DNA of 64,000 bases. Source: Planctomycetaceae bacterium (GTDB lineage Bacteria > Planctomycetota > Planctomycetia > Planctomycetales > Planctomycetaceae). Position 1 is the stretch's first letter. The number at the start of each line of letters is the position of its first letter. Shown one piece after another: positions 19,287-28,799 of the stretch. The position numbers and the translations under genes were made by a program. Under the pieces are notes generated by a model that was not told where the DNA came from, did not search any database, and worked only from the letters and a program-made list of their open reading frames with translations. The DNA is taken from assembly GCA_965660145.1 (NCBI GenBank), contig CBFHYX010000023.1, forward strand, positions 1 to 64,000, written 5' to 3'.

Positions 19287-20183
19287 TTAGCGGACACGAA
19301 CCGCGCCAACAGAGGCTCCCAGATGACTGACGAAGACAACTCTCTGAGGAGTCAGGTTATGGACGGCGAATTCCAGCCCAGCCCCCACTCGTTGAGAATT
19401 GAGAGAGTTCGTAATTTGTAATTTCAGCACTCCGTTGGAGACCGTCCAGTGTCCCGATGAAACAGGAGCATTATAGAAAATGAATACGAATGTGCGAATG
19501 GCCGGAACATCACGTGAAGTAATGAAAGTCCCATCCTGCTTCAACCAAATATAAAATGGACTAAATTCTTGAGGAACATTCCATGTACCGACAAGCGCCA
19601 AGGCAATTTTGAGGTCAGTCGGAATGAGATCCTGCTGTTTAATCTCTTTAACAGCCACCTGCTCCTCTTCCTCTGCTTCGGGACTTGAAGGTTTGACCGG
19701 GCGGACAGCAGTTTTAGGAGTGGTTTGAGGTCTCGATTTGTCTCTTTTCAAAACCATCAAGACATCACTGGAACCTTCTTCAGAGGTTAATTCTTTGGGA
19801 CGAGCAGTTGCGGATTCACCAGACATACAGACCGTCAGTTGATCTCCGTCAAATTGATAAATTCCCCATCCGGTTGTTTCTCCAAGTAACTCAACATTGA
19901 AATGAGGCGGTGTGCGTCGATTGTCTACTTTCAATGTTTTCGAATATTGGCGTCCGTCGAGCACCGAATGGAAGATGATTTGATCTCCTTGAATGTGAAA
20001 TTGTCCACCAGAATGAAGCAACTCTGAAAACTCATCATGCGAAATTTCAATTCCACTATCGATCAATTCAACAACATTCCAGGCTCCCTGGAATGGCTTT
20101 AGATTCAAATCCTCTGCCAAAAGAGAATAGTTCGAAACCAGTGAAATCATCACTGTCATTAAAATTGTTCTTAAAATCGCCAT
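19287..20183 (-). CDS. secreted protein with two lipocalin-like (TIGR03067-like) domains
   Basis: Signal peptide MAILRTILMTVMISLVSNYSLLA. Two repeats of the pattern GxWxV...(S/T)...G...(I/L)xL. Acidic EAEEEEQ linker. An alternative ATG lies at 20222. Confidence 0.55.
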   Translation of the reverse strand: MAILRTILMTVMISLVSNYSLLAEDLNLKPFQGAWNVVELIDSGIEISHDEFSELLHSGGQFHIQGDQIIFHSVLDGRQYSKTLKVDNRRTPPHFNVELLGETTGWGIYQFDGDQLTVCMSGESATARPKELTSEEGSSDVLMVLKRDKSRPQTTPKTAVRPVKPSSPEAEEEEQVAVKEIKQQDLIPTDLKIALALVGTWNVPQEFSPFYIWLKQDGTFITSRDVPAIRTFVFIFYNAPVSSGHWTVSNGVLKLQITNSLNSQRVGAGLEFAVHNLTPQRVVFVSHLGASVGAVRVR

Positions 20184-20543
20184 TGCTGTCTCCCCGTTTG
20201 CGGTCAGTCTCGTTATCGACATTATGAGGCATCAATCAGCAATAGGCAAGAAGAGAGATAAGGTGCCTCTCTCCTAGAATCCTCCAACGGCTTCGTTTCC
20301 GTTGCGTGTCAAAACAAATCAAAAATGCCTAGTTTAGCGTCAAGATTTAATATTGGGGTAAAGCGTGTTTAATTTCCAGCGAGTCTTTGATCTGGACTTG
20401 TCAATCGACTCCACGCTGCTTCTTGTTGGAGCGTTGACACCATGCCTTCGTTTCGGCTTTTAACTTAGTCACCGTTGGAATCCGGCGACCAGCGACGCAT
20501 TGCCGAGTCACTGAACTCAGCTCGTTCTCGGCATCGGAAGAAA

Positions 20544-20726
20544 TCACCCAGAATTGTTTTTTTGCGGTTGGTCATGCCGTTTATTTTGTGTCGTGCGGAC
20601 GGTCTCATGACTGATGCTGTCGGTCAATCTCAGTTCGACAACACGCTCGGCCAAGAGACGAAGCGACCAGTTCGAAAACCCTTTGGGCGGTTTGCCGAGG
20701 AGTGCAATCACGAAGCCTTCGGTCAC
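20544..20726 (-). mobile_element. IS630-family transposase remnant (N-terminal HTH fragment only)
   Basis: GKPPKGFSNWSLRLLAERVVELRLTDSISHETVRTT matches the conserved IS630/Tc1 N-terminal DNA-binding region. The ORF then degenerates and stops. No DDE domain and no inverted repeats found. Confidence 0.6.
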
Positions 20727-21111
20727 AAGGCGTTTGCGTAGATTATCGAGGGTCTACCGCACTTTTTACGCTTTAAGACATTATGATTGACGAGATACGT
20801 CCTTCGGGATTAACATTCGTGACATGGACTTGCCCGTAACTATAAGCGGTGGATAGTCACTCAGCGATGACGATCAGCGAGGGAGTATACCGTTTTCGAT
20901 TCATGGTCATATTGTGGTCACTTGGCCAGTCATTGTTGGTTGAGTCATTCATACCAGATGGGTCAAGTTTGCAACATCGACCGATGTGTTCGAGAGTCGA
21001 TGACAACAGGATTCAGCAATCGAGCACTGTAAGCTCCACTCGAAGATAGCAATCAATTTTTTCGCCCTTAACTCATGTGGCCCGTCCGGAACCGGACAAA
21101 AAGGAATTAAG

Positions 21112-21381
21112 ATGAATCAATCACCCGAAATACCTCCGTCCGAATCTTTCAGCAAAGAGGAACTGAAGCGGGCGATGAAAGCCTTCAAGAAACGCCTCAA
21201 AGTGACTCGGGGCGACGACGAATCCAGAATCGGATACGGACCAACGTCCTCAGGAAACGGGTCGGCAATCGTGGCCATCATGCCACCAAACCAGTATTCC
21301 AAGGCCGTATGGGCAGAACTGGTTCGGCAAGGAAAACTGAAACATGCGGGTCACGGAACTTACGAAATCGTAACTTCTTAA
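21112..21381 (+). CDS. hypothetical small protein (89 aa)
   Basis: ATG preceded by AAGGA at 8-nt spacing. Charged N-terminus. No family recognised. Confidence 0.4.
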   Translation: MNQSPEIPPSESFSKEELKRAMKAFKKRLKVTRGDDESRIGYGPTSSGNGSAIVAIMPPNQYSKAVWAELVRQGKLKHAGHGTYEIVTS

Positions 21382-21958
21382 ACGTATCAACGCATTTTTC
21401 AAGCGGCATTTTGGAAGTGCGGTGAATTGACTCTCCAGTCGCCTTCGCGACTTGTCCGATTCACACAAATCATTCCCCAGACATGACAAAAAAGACCGTT
21501 TCATTATTCACCTGACTGCTTAGCTTAGTTGCTCCGGTTTGAGAATACGCAGATCACCATTCTTTTGGCGCAGTCTTGAGAAGATTATGAACTTTAGCTG
21601 CCTGTCAAATACACGAACACTTCACGTGGATAACCATACTTCCGACCAGCAAGAATACTGAGACTTGGAACGCCGTTGAGTGCCGTTTTCATCCTGCTGG
21701 TACAGGAGGCTTTCCGCCTGTCCTACTCATTCGAATGTCCGAGTTTTCCAGCCATCAATATGCAACTCGCCGTGGACACCACAATCGAACTCCAACGGTC
21801 CTTCGAGCCACCGGTGACACTCGCAACATTGTGGGTCAGTTGAAATTGAGAAACACCAAGCCATCTTGTCATTGCTCTTCTTTCTATCCGCGGCATCTTG
21901 CCCCCGAGGGTTATTGGTTTGTGCCACGTCAGAATACTGCCCATTCTTGTTGCGTTGT

Positions 21959-22498
21959 TTATGCTAACTCCAATCCCCGCATCGTTCCCGTGCTGGTTGC
22001 GAACGTGTCGGTTTCGAATCCGAGTCGTTGCAGGACACTGACGAACAGGTTCGGCAACGGGTAGTCGTGGATACCGCCAAGACCAAGATGCAGGGCGTGG
22101 CGGAAACCGCCCCCGGCAATCAATACAAGCAGATTGTTGTTCGCGTGCGAGTTTCCATCGCCAAGAGACGTGCCATAGATGACGGATGTCTGATCAAGCA
22201 ATGATCCTGAGCCAGCGTTTGAACCGTCCAATCCTCCTAGCAAGTTGGCGAGTTCTTTGAACTGTGCTGCTTCGATCAGACTGAGTTGATCGAGTTTCTC
22301 CGGTTGATTGCCGTGGTGCGTCAGCGGATGCGTACCTGTATCGACTCCGGTGATATTGGGTTTCGCGTCGTTCTGATGAATATAAATCGAAATCAATCTT
22401 GTCGAATCGGTCTCCATTGCGATGCGGGCCAAATCGAACATCACACGAGTTCGTTCAATCAACGCGCCCGGGTCTTTGAAGTCCTGAGATGCCTTCAT
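21959..22498 (-). pseudogene. C-terminal fragment of a DUF1552-family gene (N-terminal about 60% missing)
   Basis: LLVLIAGGGFRHALHLGLGGIHDYPLPNLFVSVLQRLGFETDTFATSTGTMRGLE aligns with the C-terminus of the intact DUF1552 gene at 31300..32883 (RIPMILAGQGGGMLKTGRYV...LSLLQKFGVEKAAYGENSTALAGLD). Confidence 0.65.
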
Positions 22499-22557
22499 TG
22501 AGACTTTGACCTTGGGTTGTTGTTCCCACTGTTCGCTCTTGTGCAGTCGTTTTTCTA

Positions 22558-22869
22558 AGTCGCGGAGGCCTTGTGGACACCCGCGATTTGATTGATGGTC
22601 TGAAATCTCAACAGATCGGCTCGGCAGGTCTCGATGTCTATGAAGAGGAAGCTGGTATCTTCATCCACGACTATTCCAGCAATATCATGAACGACGATGT
22701 GCTGGCAAGGTTAATGAGCTTTAACAATGTCGTCGTGACATCGCATCAGGCATTTCTGACTCACGAAGCGCTGGCGAATATTGCCGAGACGACCTTAATG
22801 AATGTCGAAGAATTCGCCGCTGGCAAACGTGGGAAAGATCTCACCAATGGTTTAGTAGCTTTTCAGTAA
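22558..22869 (+). pseudogene. C-terminal fragment of a D-isomer-specific 2-hydroxyacid dehydrogenase (LdhA-like)
   Basis: [21 protein letters not shown]...[22 protein letters not shown] matches only the last ~100 aa of the ~330-aa family. The frame is closed by TAA at 22555. Confidence 0.7.
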
Positions 22870-22940
22870 CCCACATCATCAGAGTTTTTCGTTTCCAGAT
22901 TGCCATCTAACATTGTCTTGTGAAGACGTTGTTAAATTGA

Positions 22941-24651
22941 TCATCCATCACTCTTAGGAGTTCCCTTTGGTTTTGTGGCTTCTGTCTTCTTTTTGGATTC
23001 ATTCGGACTCACCGGCACCGGCTTATTGGCAGAGACAGCAGATTCCAGCTCTTTGTCAGAAGATGGAACGGCTTCGGAACCACTGGCGAGCGGATCTTCT
23101 CCCGCCATGCGAATGAATGTCTCAGGCAATTCCACGCCGCCGATATCTTTCATCACCTGAAGCATCGGGGGTAACGTGCGTGACATCCCCTGCAAGAAGT
23201 TGGAGACGTTCGTTTGCTCACCATTGCTGCCTCCATTTTCCCAAACGACGACTTTATCAAATTTGAGATTCGTGATGGCTTTGGCAGAAGCATCAGCAAG
23301 GCTATCGAGGTGCTCCAAGAGCATCATCTGGAAGGCTTCTTGAGCCTCCACAGGCACTAATGATCTCGCGGAGCCCTTCCCCTTTCTTGGCTATAATTTC
23401 GTAGTTACCACGACCCTCGGCCTCCAACTTCGCATAGATGGCTTCCGCTTCAGCCTTCGCCCCAAGAATCCTTTTTTCAGCGGCCGCTTCTGCATCCACA
23501 ATCGTCCTAGCTTTCTCGCCCTTCGCAGGTGCTTCCAAACGAGCACGTTCCTCAGCTTCGACTTTCTCAGCATCAGCCAATGCGGCTTTCGCCATCGTAC
23601 GGTTTTGCGCTTCCAGAACTGAAGCTTCCGCCTCTTTCTCTCGCGTTTTCGCCCGCTGGTATGCGTCGGCTTTTTTGACCTGTAAAGTCGCTTGAGCTTC
23701 GGCAATTTCCGCGTCGGCTTCGGCTTCGCCTTGATAATCGTCGGCATTCGCGTTTGAGACAGAAATCCGCTTATCCTTATTGGCTTCGGCGACCAGCATA
23801 TCGTGTTCGTAGAGAGCTTTCTGCTTGCCGTATTCTTCTTCTTTCGAGAGTTCGGCCACACGAACCGTTCTATCACGTTCGGCTGAGCGAATTCCGATTT
23901 CTTGTTCGCGTTGAGCATCGGCGACTTCAATCAATTTGTCACGCTCAGCGCCGACTACGCGGATTTCTCCGATTTTTTCCTGTTCGGCCACGTCACCGCG
24001 GGCTTTCTGAACAGCTTCCGAAGCGGCTTTCTGACCGATCGCTTCAATGTATCCCGATTCATCTGTGATGTCGGTGATGTTCACATTGATGAGAACCAGA
24101 CCGATTTTTCGCAGTTCCGGTTCCAGCGAATTCTGAATACTACTGAGGAACTGTTCGCGGTCACGGTTAATATCTTCAATCAACATGGAAGCAATCACTT
24201 GCCGCATCTGTCCGAAGATGATGTCTTCCGCCTGCTTTTTGACCTGGGCATTATCGAGTCCCAGCAAGCGAATGGCCGCGTTCTGCATCAATGCCGATTC
24301 GGTACCAATAGCGACCGTGAAGACCGAGGGCACATTCACGCGAATGTTTTCACTCGAAAGCGCGTCTTTCAGAGGAACTTCAATCTGGATGGGTTCCAAA
24401 GACAGAAACGCGTAATCCTGAATGATCGGCAGGACCAGCTTACCACCACCATGAACGGTCGTCGCCGATTTCCCCGTACCCACCTTACCGTAGATCACGA
24501 GAATCTTGTTACTCGGACAGCGTTTGTAGCGACTCGCCACAAACATTCCGATACTGAACAGGGTGGTAATTATCATCATGCCAACCAGTACATAACCCGA
24601 CATCAGGTCTCCCATATCGACTGCCAGGATAAACAACGGAATGAAACTCAT
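22941..24651 (-). CDS. flotillin (SPFH/band-7, FloT-like) split into two ORFs by an apparent frameshift near 23330-23395
   Basis: ORF 23302..24651 carries the SPFH domain and Ala/Glu-rich coiled coil and ends ...GEGLREIISACGG. ORF 22941..23357 (+1 frame) continues with EAQEAFQMMLLEHLDSLADASAKAITNLKFDKVVVWENGG, the canonical flotillin C-terminus. Confidence 0.6.
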
Positions 24652-24690
24652 GACCCACCTCTTGTTAATTGTTTTATTCTGTCTTCGTCT

Positions 24691-25371
24691 TTATGAATAA
24701 CTTGATGACGGCAATTGAGACTTCACTTCCAACGTGTCTTCTGAAATCACCGAAGTCACCACCACGGCTGTCCCCGTCTTCAATGATTCGTCTTTAGTCA
24801 CTGCTCGATACTCCATTGTCCGTTCTGCAAGTTTCACCGTGACCTTCCCGGCACCGGTACTCTCTCCTGGAATTGTCAGGTAACCGATCCCCGTACAACC
24901 GACTGCATCAGACATATGGACCGTGCCATCTGCCTGCAACAAATACAACTGCTTAAAACTCCAACCCACCAGATACAGCATTCCGAGACTCGACAATGTG
25001 GCGAGTCCAATGGCTTTTTCCGGTGGCAAATGTCCCATCGCGGCAAGACCCGTCAATCCAAATATCGCGACGGCTGCTACCAACGACCGAAACGTCACAA
25101 TTCCCACAAACCAGCCGTCTGAATGTGCAAAGACATCCGGTCGGTCGAAATCGACATCACCATCTTTCAAGGAGATGTTGGCTTCAGGTGCTTCGATGTC
25201 CGGCACATCCAGATCGACATCAATTTCTGGAACATCAATTTCCGGGATGTCCAAATCCGGCGTATCAAAATGAAGATCATTTCCACTTTCGAGTCCCAAT
25301 ATCAACATCAGGAACTGCAGCGCGAAGATCGATCCTCCGATCACAGCACACCAGGTAAACAACGACTCCAT
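24691..25371 (-). CDS. NfeD-family membrane protein (flotillin-associated, YuaF-like)
   Basis: TM helices plus C-terminal OB-fold GKVTVKLAERTMEYRAVTKDESLKTGTAVVVTSV. Lies immediately upstream of the flotillin on the same strand. Acidic D-x-P-(D/E)-I-D repeats. Confidence 0.75.
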   Translation of the reverse strand: MESLFTWCAVIGGSIFALQFLMLILGLESGNDLHFDTPDLDIPEIDVPEIDVDLDVPDIEAPEANISLKDGDVDFDRPDVFAHSDGWFVGIVTFRSLVAAVAIFGLTGLAAMGHLPPEKAIGLATLSSLGMLYLVGWSFKQLYLLQADGTVHMSDAVGCTGIGYLTIPGESTGAGKVTVKLAERTMEYRAVTKDESLKTGTAVVVTSVISEDTLEVKSQLPSSSYS

Positions 25372-25585
25372 TATCAATCTCCTCCCATAGGTCGACAAAT
25401 CTCACCTGAAACCAATCGACAGCCCTATCACATTCTCAATACGAAGTAAGATCAACAAAGGTTCACTGAAATGCCATGAAATCTAGATAATCTAAGAGGG
25501 ATATACCGAAAATAACGGCCAACACACTTTTCGATACAGTCTTTGATAGCCGAATATTCAACGGTATTAACAGACTTTTCGCGAT

Positions 25586-26599
25586 TTACAGCCGTTCTTC
25601 TGCCAATCGAGCGATGGCGAAGGCACAAGCGGCTTCCGCGGCCTCTGGAGAGATGATGGAAGCAAGACCTTGAATCGTCGCAGCTTTGAATTTGGAATGT
25701 TTTGCGAATATTTCTTCCGCCAAAAACGAACCACTGCCGGACAGGATCACATTGTCACAGTCCCCCACCATGCGGTTACGGACACGATCAATCGATCCAC
25801 ATATTCGTTGCTTTTGGACGTCTTTGAGAAACAGACAGATGTTAGTGAGATCTTCGTCACTGACTTCATTTCGGTCAGCACAAATCAATCGGCATAGCCG
25901 ATCACGTGTGTATGCTTTCGTAGTCGGACGGCCATCAGCAGTGGCTGTGCTCTGTTCGTCTTCTGCAATGTCTCCCAACCAGATGTAGATATCTTGTGTT
26001 GTGGCGAACAATTCCGAACAAACCAGACATCGGTTTCTTCCTAATGGAACCGTATGTGCGAGACTACACAGGATGGTCCGACGTGAGCCGGTGTATTCCA
26101 ATTCACCCGTTTGCAAGCGTTCGAGATCCGTCCTTCCCAACGGGACGGGATAGCCATCTTCTAAGGGAATTACATCAGTTGTTGTGGTGCCAATATCAAC
26201 GAGTAACGCATTTCCGCCTGGGACTAATTTCCCAACCCACGTTGCCAAGGCGTGCCAGTTCGCGGCAGCCACTAGAAGCGGAAACTCGCGAGCGATATCG
26301 ACATCCACAAATTCTCCCGCCGTGTTCCAGACATGTATGGAGCGTCCGCCTGCCATCTCCTCAACGGATTCAAGAATCGAACAGACACCTTCCGTTTTCG
26401 ATGGATAGCAATCGGCGAGTTCACCCGTCATGGTGACTGCCAACTTGTCAGCAGTCGGCATATTGCCGACAATTCCCCTCAACCGTTGACTCAATTGCTC
26501 AGGGTGTTGCCACAACGCGAATGGCTCCGAATGGCATTCACCATCAATGTGCGAGGCTTTCAAATTCGCGCCGCCGATATCTAGTCCGATGATGCTCAT
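25586..26599 (-). CDS. ASKHA-fold hydantoinase/oxoprolinase-like protein. It resembles the H4MPT-linked C1-transfer-pathway protein family (TIGR03123). Assignment is tentative.
   Basis: MSIIGLDIGGANLK N-terminal phosphate-1 motif, about 337 aa. ATGA overlap with the upstream ATP-grasp gene. Confidence 0.6.
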   Translation of the reverse strand: MSIIGLDIGGANLKASHIDGECHSEPFALWQHPEQLSQRLRGIVGNMPTADKLAVTMTGELADCYPSKTEGVCSILESVEEMAGGRSIHVWNTAGEFVDVDIAREFPLLVAAANWHALATWVGKLVPGGNALLVDIGTTTTDVIPLEDGYPVPLGRTDLERLQTGELEYTGSRRTILCSLAHTVPLGRNRCLVCSELFATTQDIYIWLGDIAEDEQSTATADGRPTTKAYTRDRLCRLICADRNEVSDEDLTNICLFLKDVQKQRICGSIDRVRNRMVGDCDNVILSGSGSFLAEEIFAKHSKFKAATIQGLASIISPEAAEAACAFAIARLAEERL

Positions 26600-27636
26600 G
26601 GTCGCCTCACCATTGATTCAGAATGATTCACAAGTCCTCCTGCTGTGAAAGAAATCTGAGAGAGATTCGCCATATCTATCTCGAACGGCATTTCCAACAT
26701 CGCTTTGATGATCTCGTTGCCAAACAGTTGCCGATATCCGACAAACGCGGTGGTCAGCCGAGGGTTTATTTCGACCAATCGTAACATTTTCGTCTCTTCT
26801 TGCCAGAGCCAATCAATGCCGACGTAACCCCACAAGCCGATCAACTTCTGTTCGAGAATGGACCAGATTTCAATCGCCTGGCAATTCGCCTCATCACTCA
26901 TCTCATGTCGCCAAGGAATTGCTCCACCTTGATACTTGACCGAATCGCCGATATTCACATGTTGCGAGCCAAGAGGAAGAGTCAATAAGAGTTCTCCCCC
27001 AGAAGAAAAACAAGCGGCAGAGGAGAGTGAGATACCTTCAAGCATCGGCTGTGCGATCAGACTTCCATCGGTTTTGATCTCGCCAGGAATCGCTTCCTCT
27101 TTCACGACAACAATTTTCTCACAACCGGCACCATCGCGTGGTTTGATGACCATTGGGTACGAAACATCAATATCCTGTCCCATCCATAACGCTGTCGAGA
27201 TGTGAGGGATTTCATATTGCTGACAAAACTTCGCCAGTTCCCATTTATCGCAACCGATGTCTAACGATCGATCAAAGCAATTCATAATGGCAAAAGGCTT
27301 CAACTTGCGCGCTGTCTCTAATCTGTCCGTGAAAGCACCTGCCGACTCGGGAGCAATGATAATAATTCGATCAGCCTTTTGGCAGAGATTGATAAATATT
27401 GATTCTTGCTCGCCCTGAGAGGCAACTCGGTGAACTTCAACATCTTCGATTTCCAACTCAGAAAGTCGACTATCTCGCATAGTCACAACGTGTACATCAC
27501 TCATCGACTGAAAATCAGCGATGACTGACTCTGCCATCGCTCGACCTTCAACCATCAACGACGAATCGACCGGCACGTCGAAACATCCTCCGCTCGTGAG
27601 GTGTTCGTAGATTAAAATAGTGAGAGGTGAGGACAT
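26596..27636 (-). CDS. ATP-grasp domain protein (ATP-grasp_3 type ligase)
   Basis: PMVIKPRDGAGCEKIVVV and LVEINPRLT motifs. ATG at 27636 (MSSPLTILIYEHLTSGG) avoids overlap with the ferredoxin gene. Confidence 0.75.
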   Translation of the reverse strand: MSSPLTILIYEHLTSGGCFDVPVDSSLMVEGRAMAESVIADFQSMSDVHVVTMRDSRLSELEIEDVEVHRVASQGEQESIFINLCQKADRIIIIAPESAGAFTDRLETARKLKPFAIMNCFDRSLDIGCDKWELAKFCQQYEIPHISTALWMGQDIDVSYPMVIKPRDGAGCEKIVVVKEEAIPGEIKTDGSLIAQPMLEGISLSSAACFSSGGELLLTLPLGSQHVNIGDSVKYQGGAIPWRHEMSDEANCQAIEIWSILEQKLIGLWGYVGIDWLWQEETKMLRLVEINPRLTTAFVGYRQLFGNEIIKAMLEMPFEIDMANLSQISFTAGGLVNHSESMVRRP

Positions 27637-27646
27637 GGAGAGATAC

Positions 27647-28009
27647 TTATTGATCATCACCGGAAATGTGTGGACAATGGGGATTATTGAGACACTCATC
27701 CGCAATCAGAAGATCCTCAATGACGCGACCATTCACAAGGGTCTCTTCCACAATACGTGGCACATCTTCAATCGTAACATTGCCGTACCAGATCCCTTGT
27801 GGATAGACCACCATCACGGGACCGTGCTCGCATTGTTCCAGACAACCGGCCTTATTCACTCGAACGTCTGGAGCTAAACCACGTTGTTTAGCGATTGCCT
27901 TCAATTCATTGCGAAGTTGGTCACTTCCTGCAGGATCACAACATCCTCGACGATGATCGGGAGAACGCTGATTGCCACAAACGAACACATGATGTGTAAA
28001 GGCTGTCAT
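27647..28009 (-). CDS. thioredoxin-like [2Fe-2S] ferredoxin
   Basis: HVFVCGNQR...RRGCC...KAGCLEQCEHGPVMVVYPQGIWYG: four-Cys pattern of the NuoE-like 2Fe-2S ferredoxin family. Confidence 0.8.
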   Translation of the reverse strand: MTAFTHHVFVCGNQRSPDHRRGCCDPAGSDQLRNELKAIAKQRGLAPDVRVNKAGCLEQCEHGPVMVVYPQGIWYGNVTIEDVPRIVEETLVNGRVIEDLLIADECLNNPHCPHISGDDQ

Positions 28010-28091
28010 TCCGCTTGTCTTTCTGGAATCGTTCGCAAATACTAAAGCGACAGTTTAATCCCCCACTCCACCGTTCACCAGTCGGCACATC

Positions 28092-28799
28092 ATGACTCCT
28101 CCTCACAATACTCTTTGGGTGAAGATTTGCGGCATCCGTGATGTCGAGACGGCAGAAATTGCCGTCGATGCGGGAGCGAATGCCCTCGGCCTCAATTTTT
28201 ACGCACCGTCACCTCGCAGTATTACCGCTGAGAGAGCCGCCGAGATCGTGGAATCACTTCCCCTGCAAGTAACGCCCATAGGCCTGTTTGTGAATCATAC
28301 CGTCACTCAAATCGAACAAATTATGGAGACCGCCGGGCTTGAAACGCTGCAACTGCATGGAGATGAGACACCCGATTTCCTTGCCGATATTACCGAAAAT
28401 CATCCTCTGTGGAACATCATCTGGGCGCGGCGTGTGAATGAAAATGACATCGCTGACGTAGATGATGACTTACGCGAATGCGATTCTCTTGGTGTCAAAC
28501 TCTTCGCCTGCTTGCTCGACCCAAAAGTAGACGGTGCATACGGCGGCACGGGAGAAACATTGTCTTGGAAATTGGTCGCCCGGCATTACGACCAGACAAC
28601 AAACCCTCCGCTCATTCTTGCCGGAGGTATAACTCCCGACAATGTTGCCGAGGCTGTTAGCTCGGTTCATCCGTGGGGCATTGATGTGGCCAGCGGCGTC
28701 GAAACAGAAAAAGGTGTGAAGAATGCCGATTTAATTCACGAGTTTATTGATATAGCCCGCAGTGAGATTCAAACACCTTCCAACGGACCTAAGCCGTAA
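28092..28799 (+). CDS. trpF: phosphoribosylanthranilate isomerase
   Basis: VKICGIRDVETAEIAVDAGANALGLNF...LAGGITPDNV. Confidence 0.9.
   Translation: MTPPHNTLWVKICGIRDVETAEIAVDAGANALGLNFYAPSPRSITAERAAEIVESLPLQVTPIGLFVNHTVTQIEQIMETAGLETLQLHGDETPDFLADITENHPLWNIIWARRVNENDIADVDDDLRECDSLGVKLFACLLDPKVDGAYGGTGETLSWKLVARHYDQTTNPPLILAGGITPDNVAEAVSSVHPWGIDVASGVETEKGVKNADLIHEFIDIARSEIQTPSNGPKP

Noticed and set aside
20230-21110. Long non-coding stretch scanned for tRNA/tmRNA/RNase P/CRISPR signatures
   Set aside because: No cloverleaf-compatible T-loop/anticodon arrangement, no RNase P P4 consensus and no repeated spacers. The only recognisable content is the IS630 fragment.
22005-22025. tRNA T-arm-like string ggtttcgaatccgag
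   Set aside because: Lies inside the DUF1552-fragment reading frame with no matching acceptor or D-arm, so this is a chance match.
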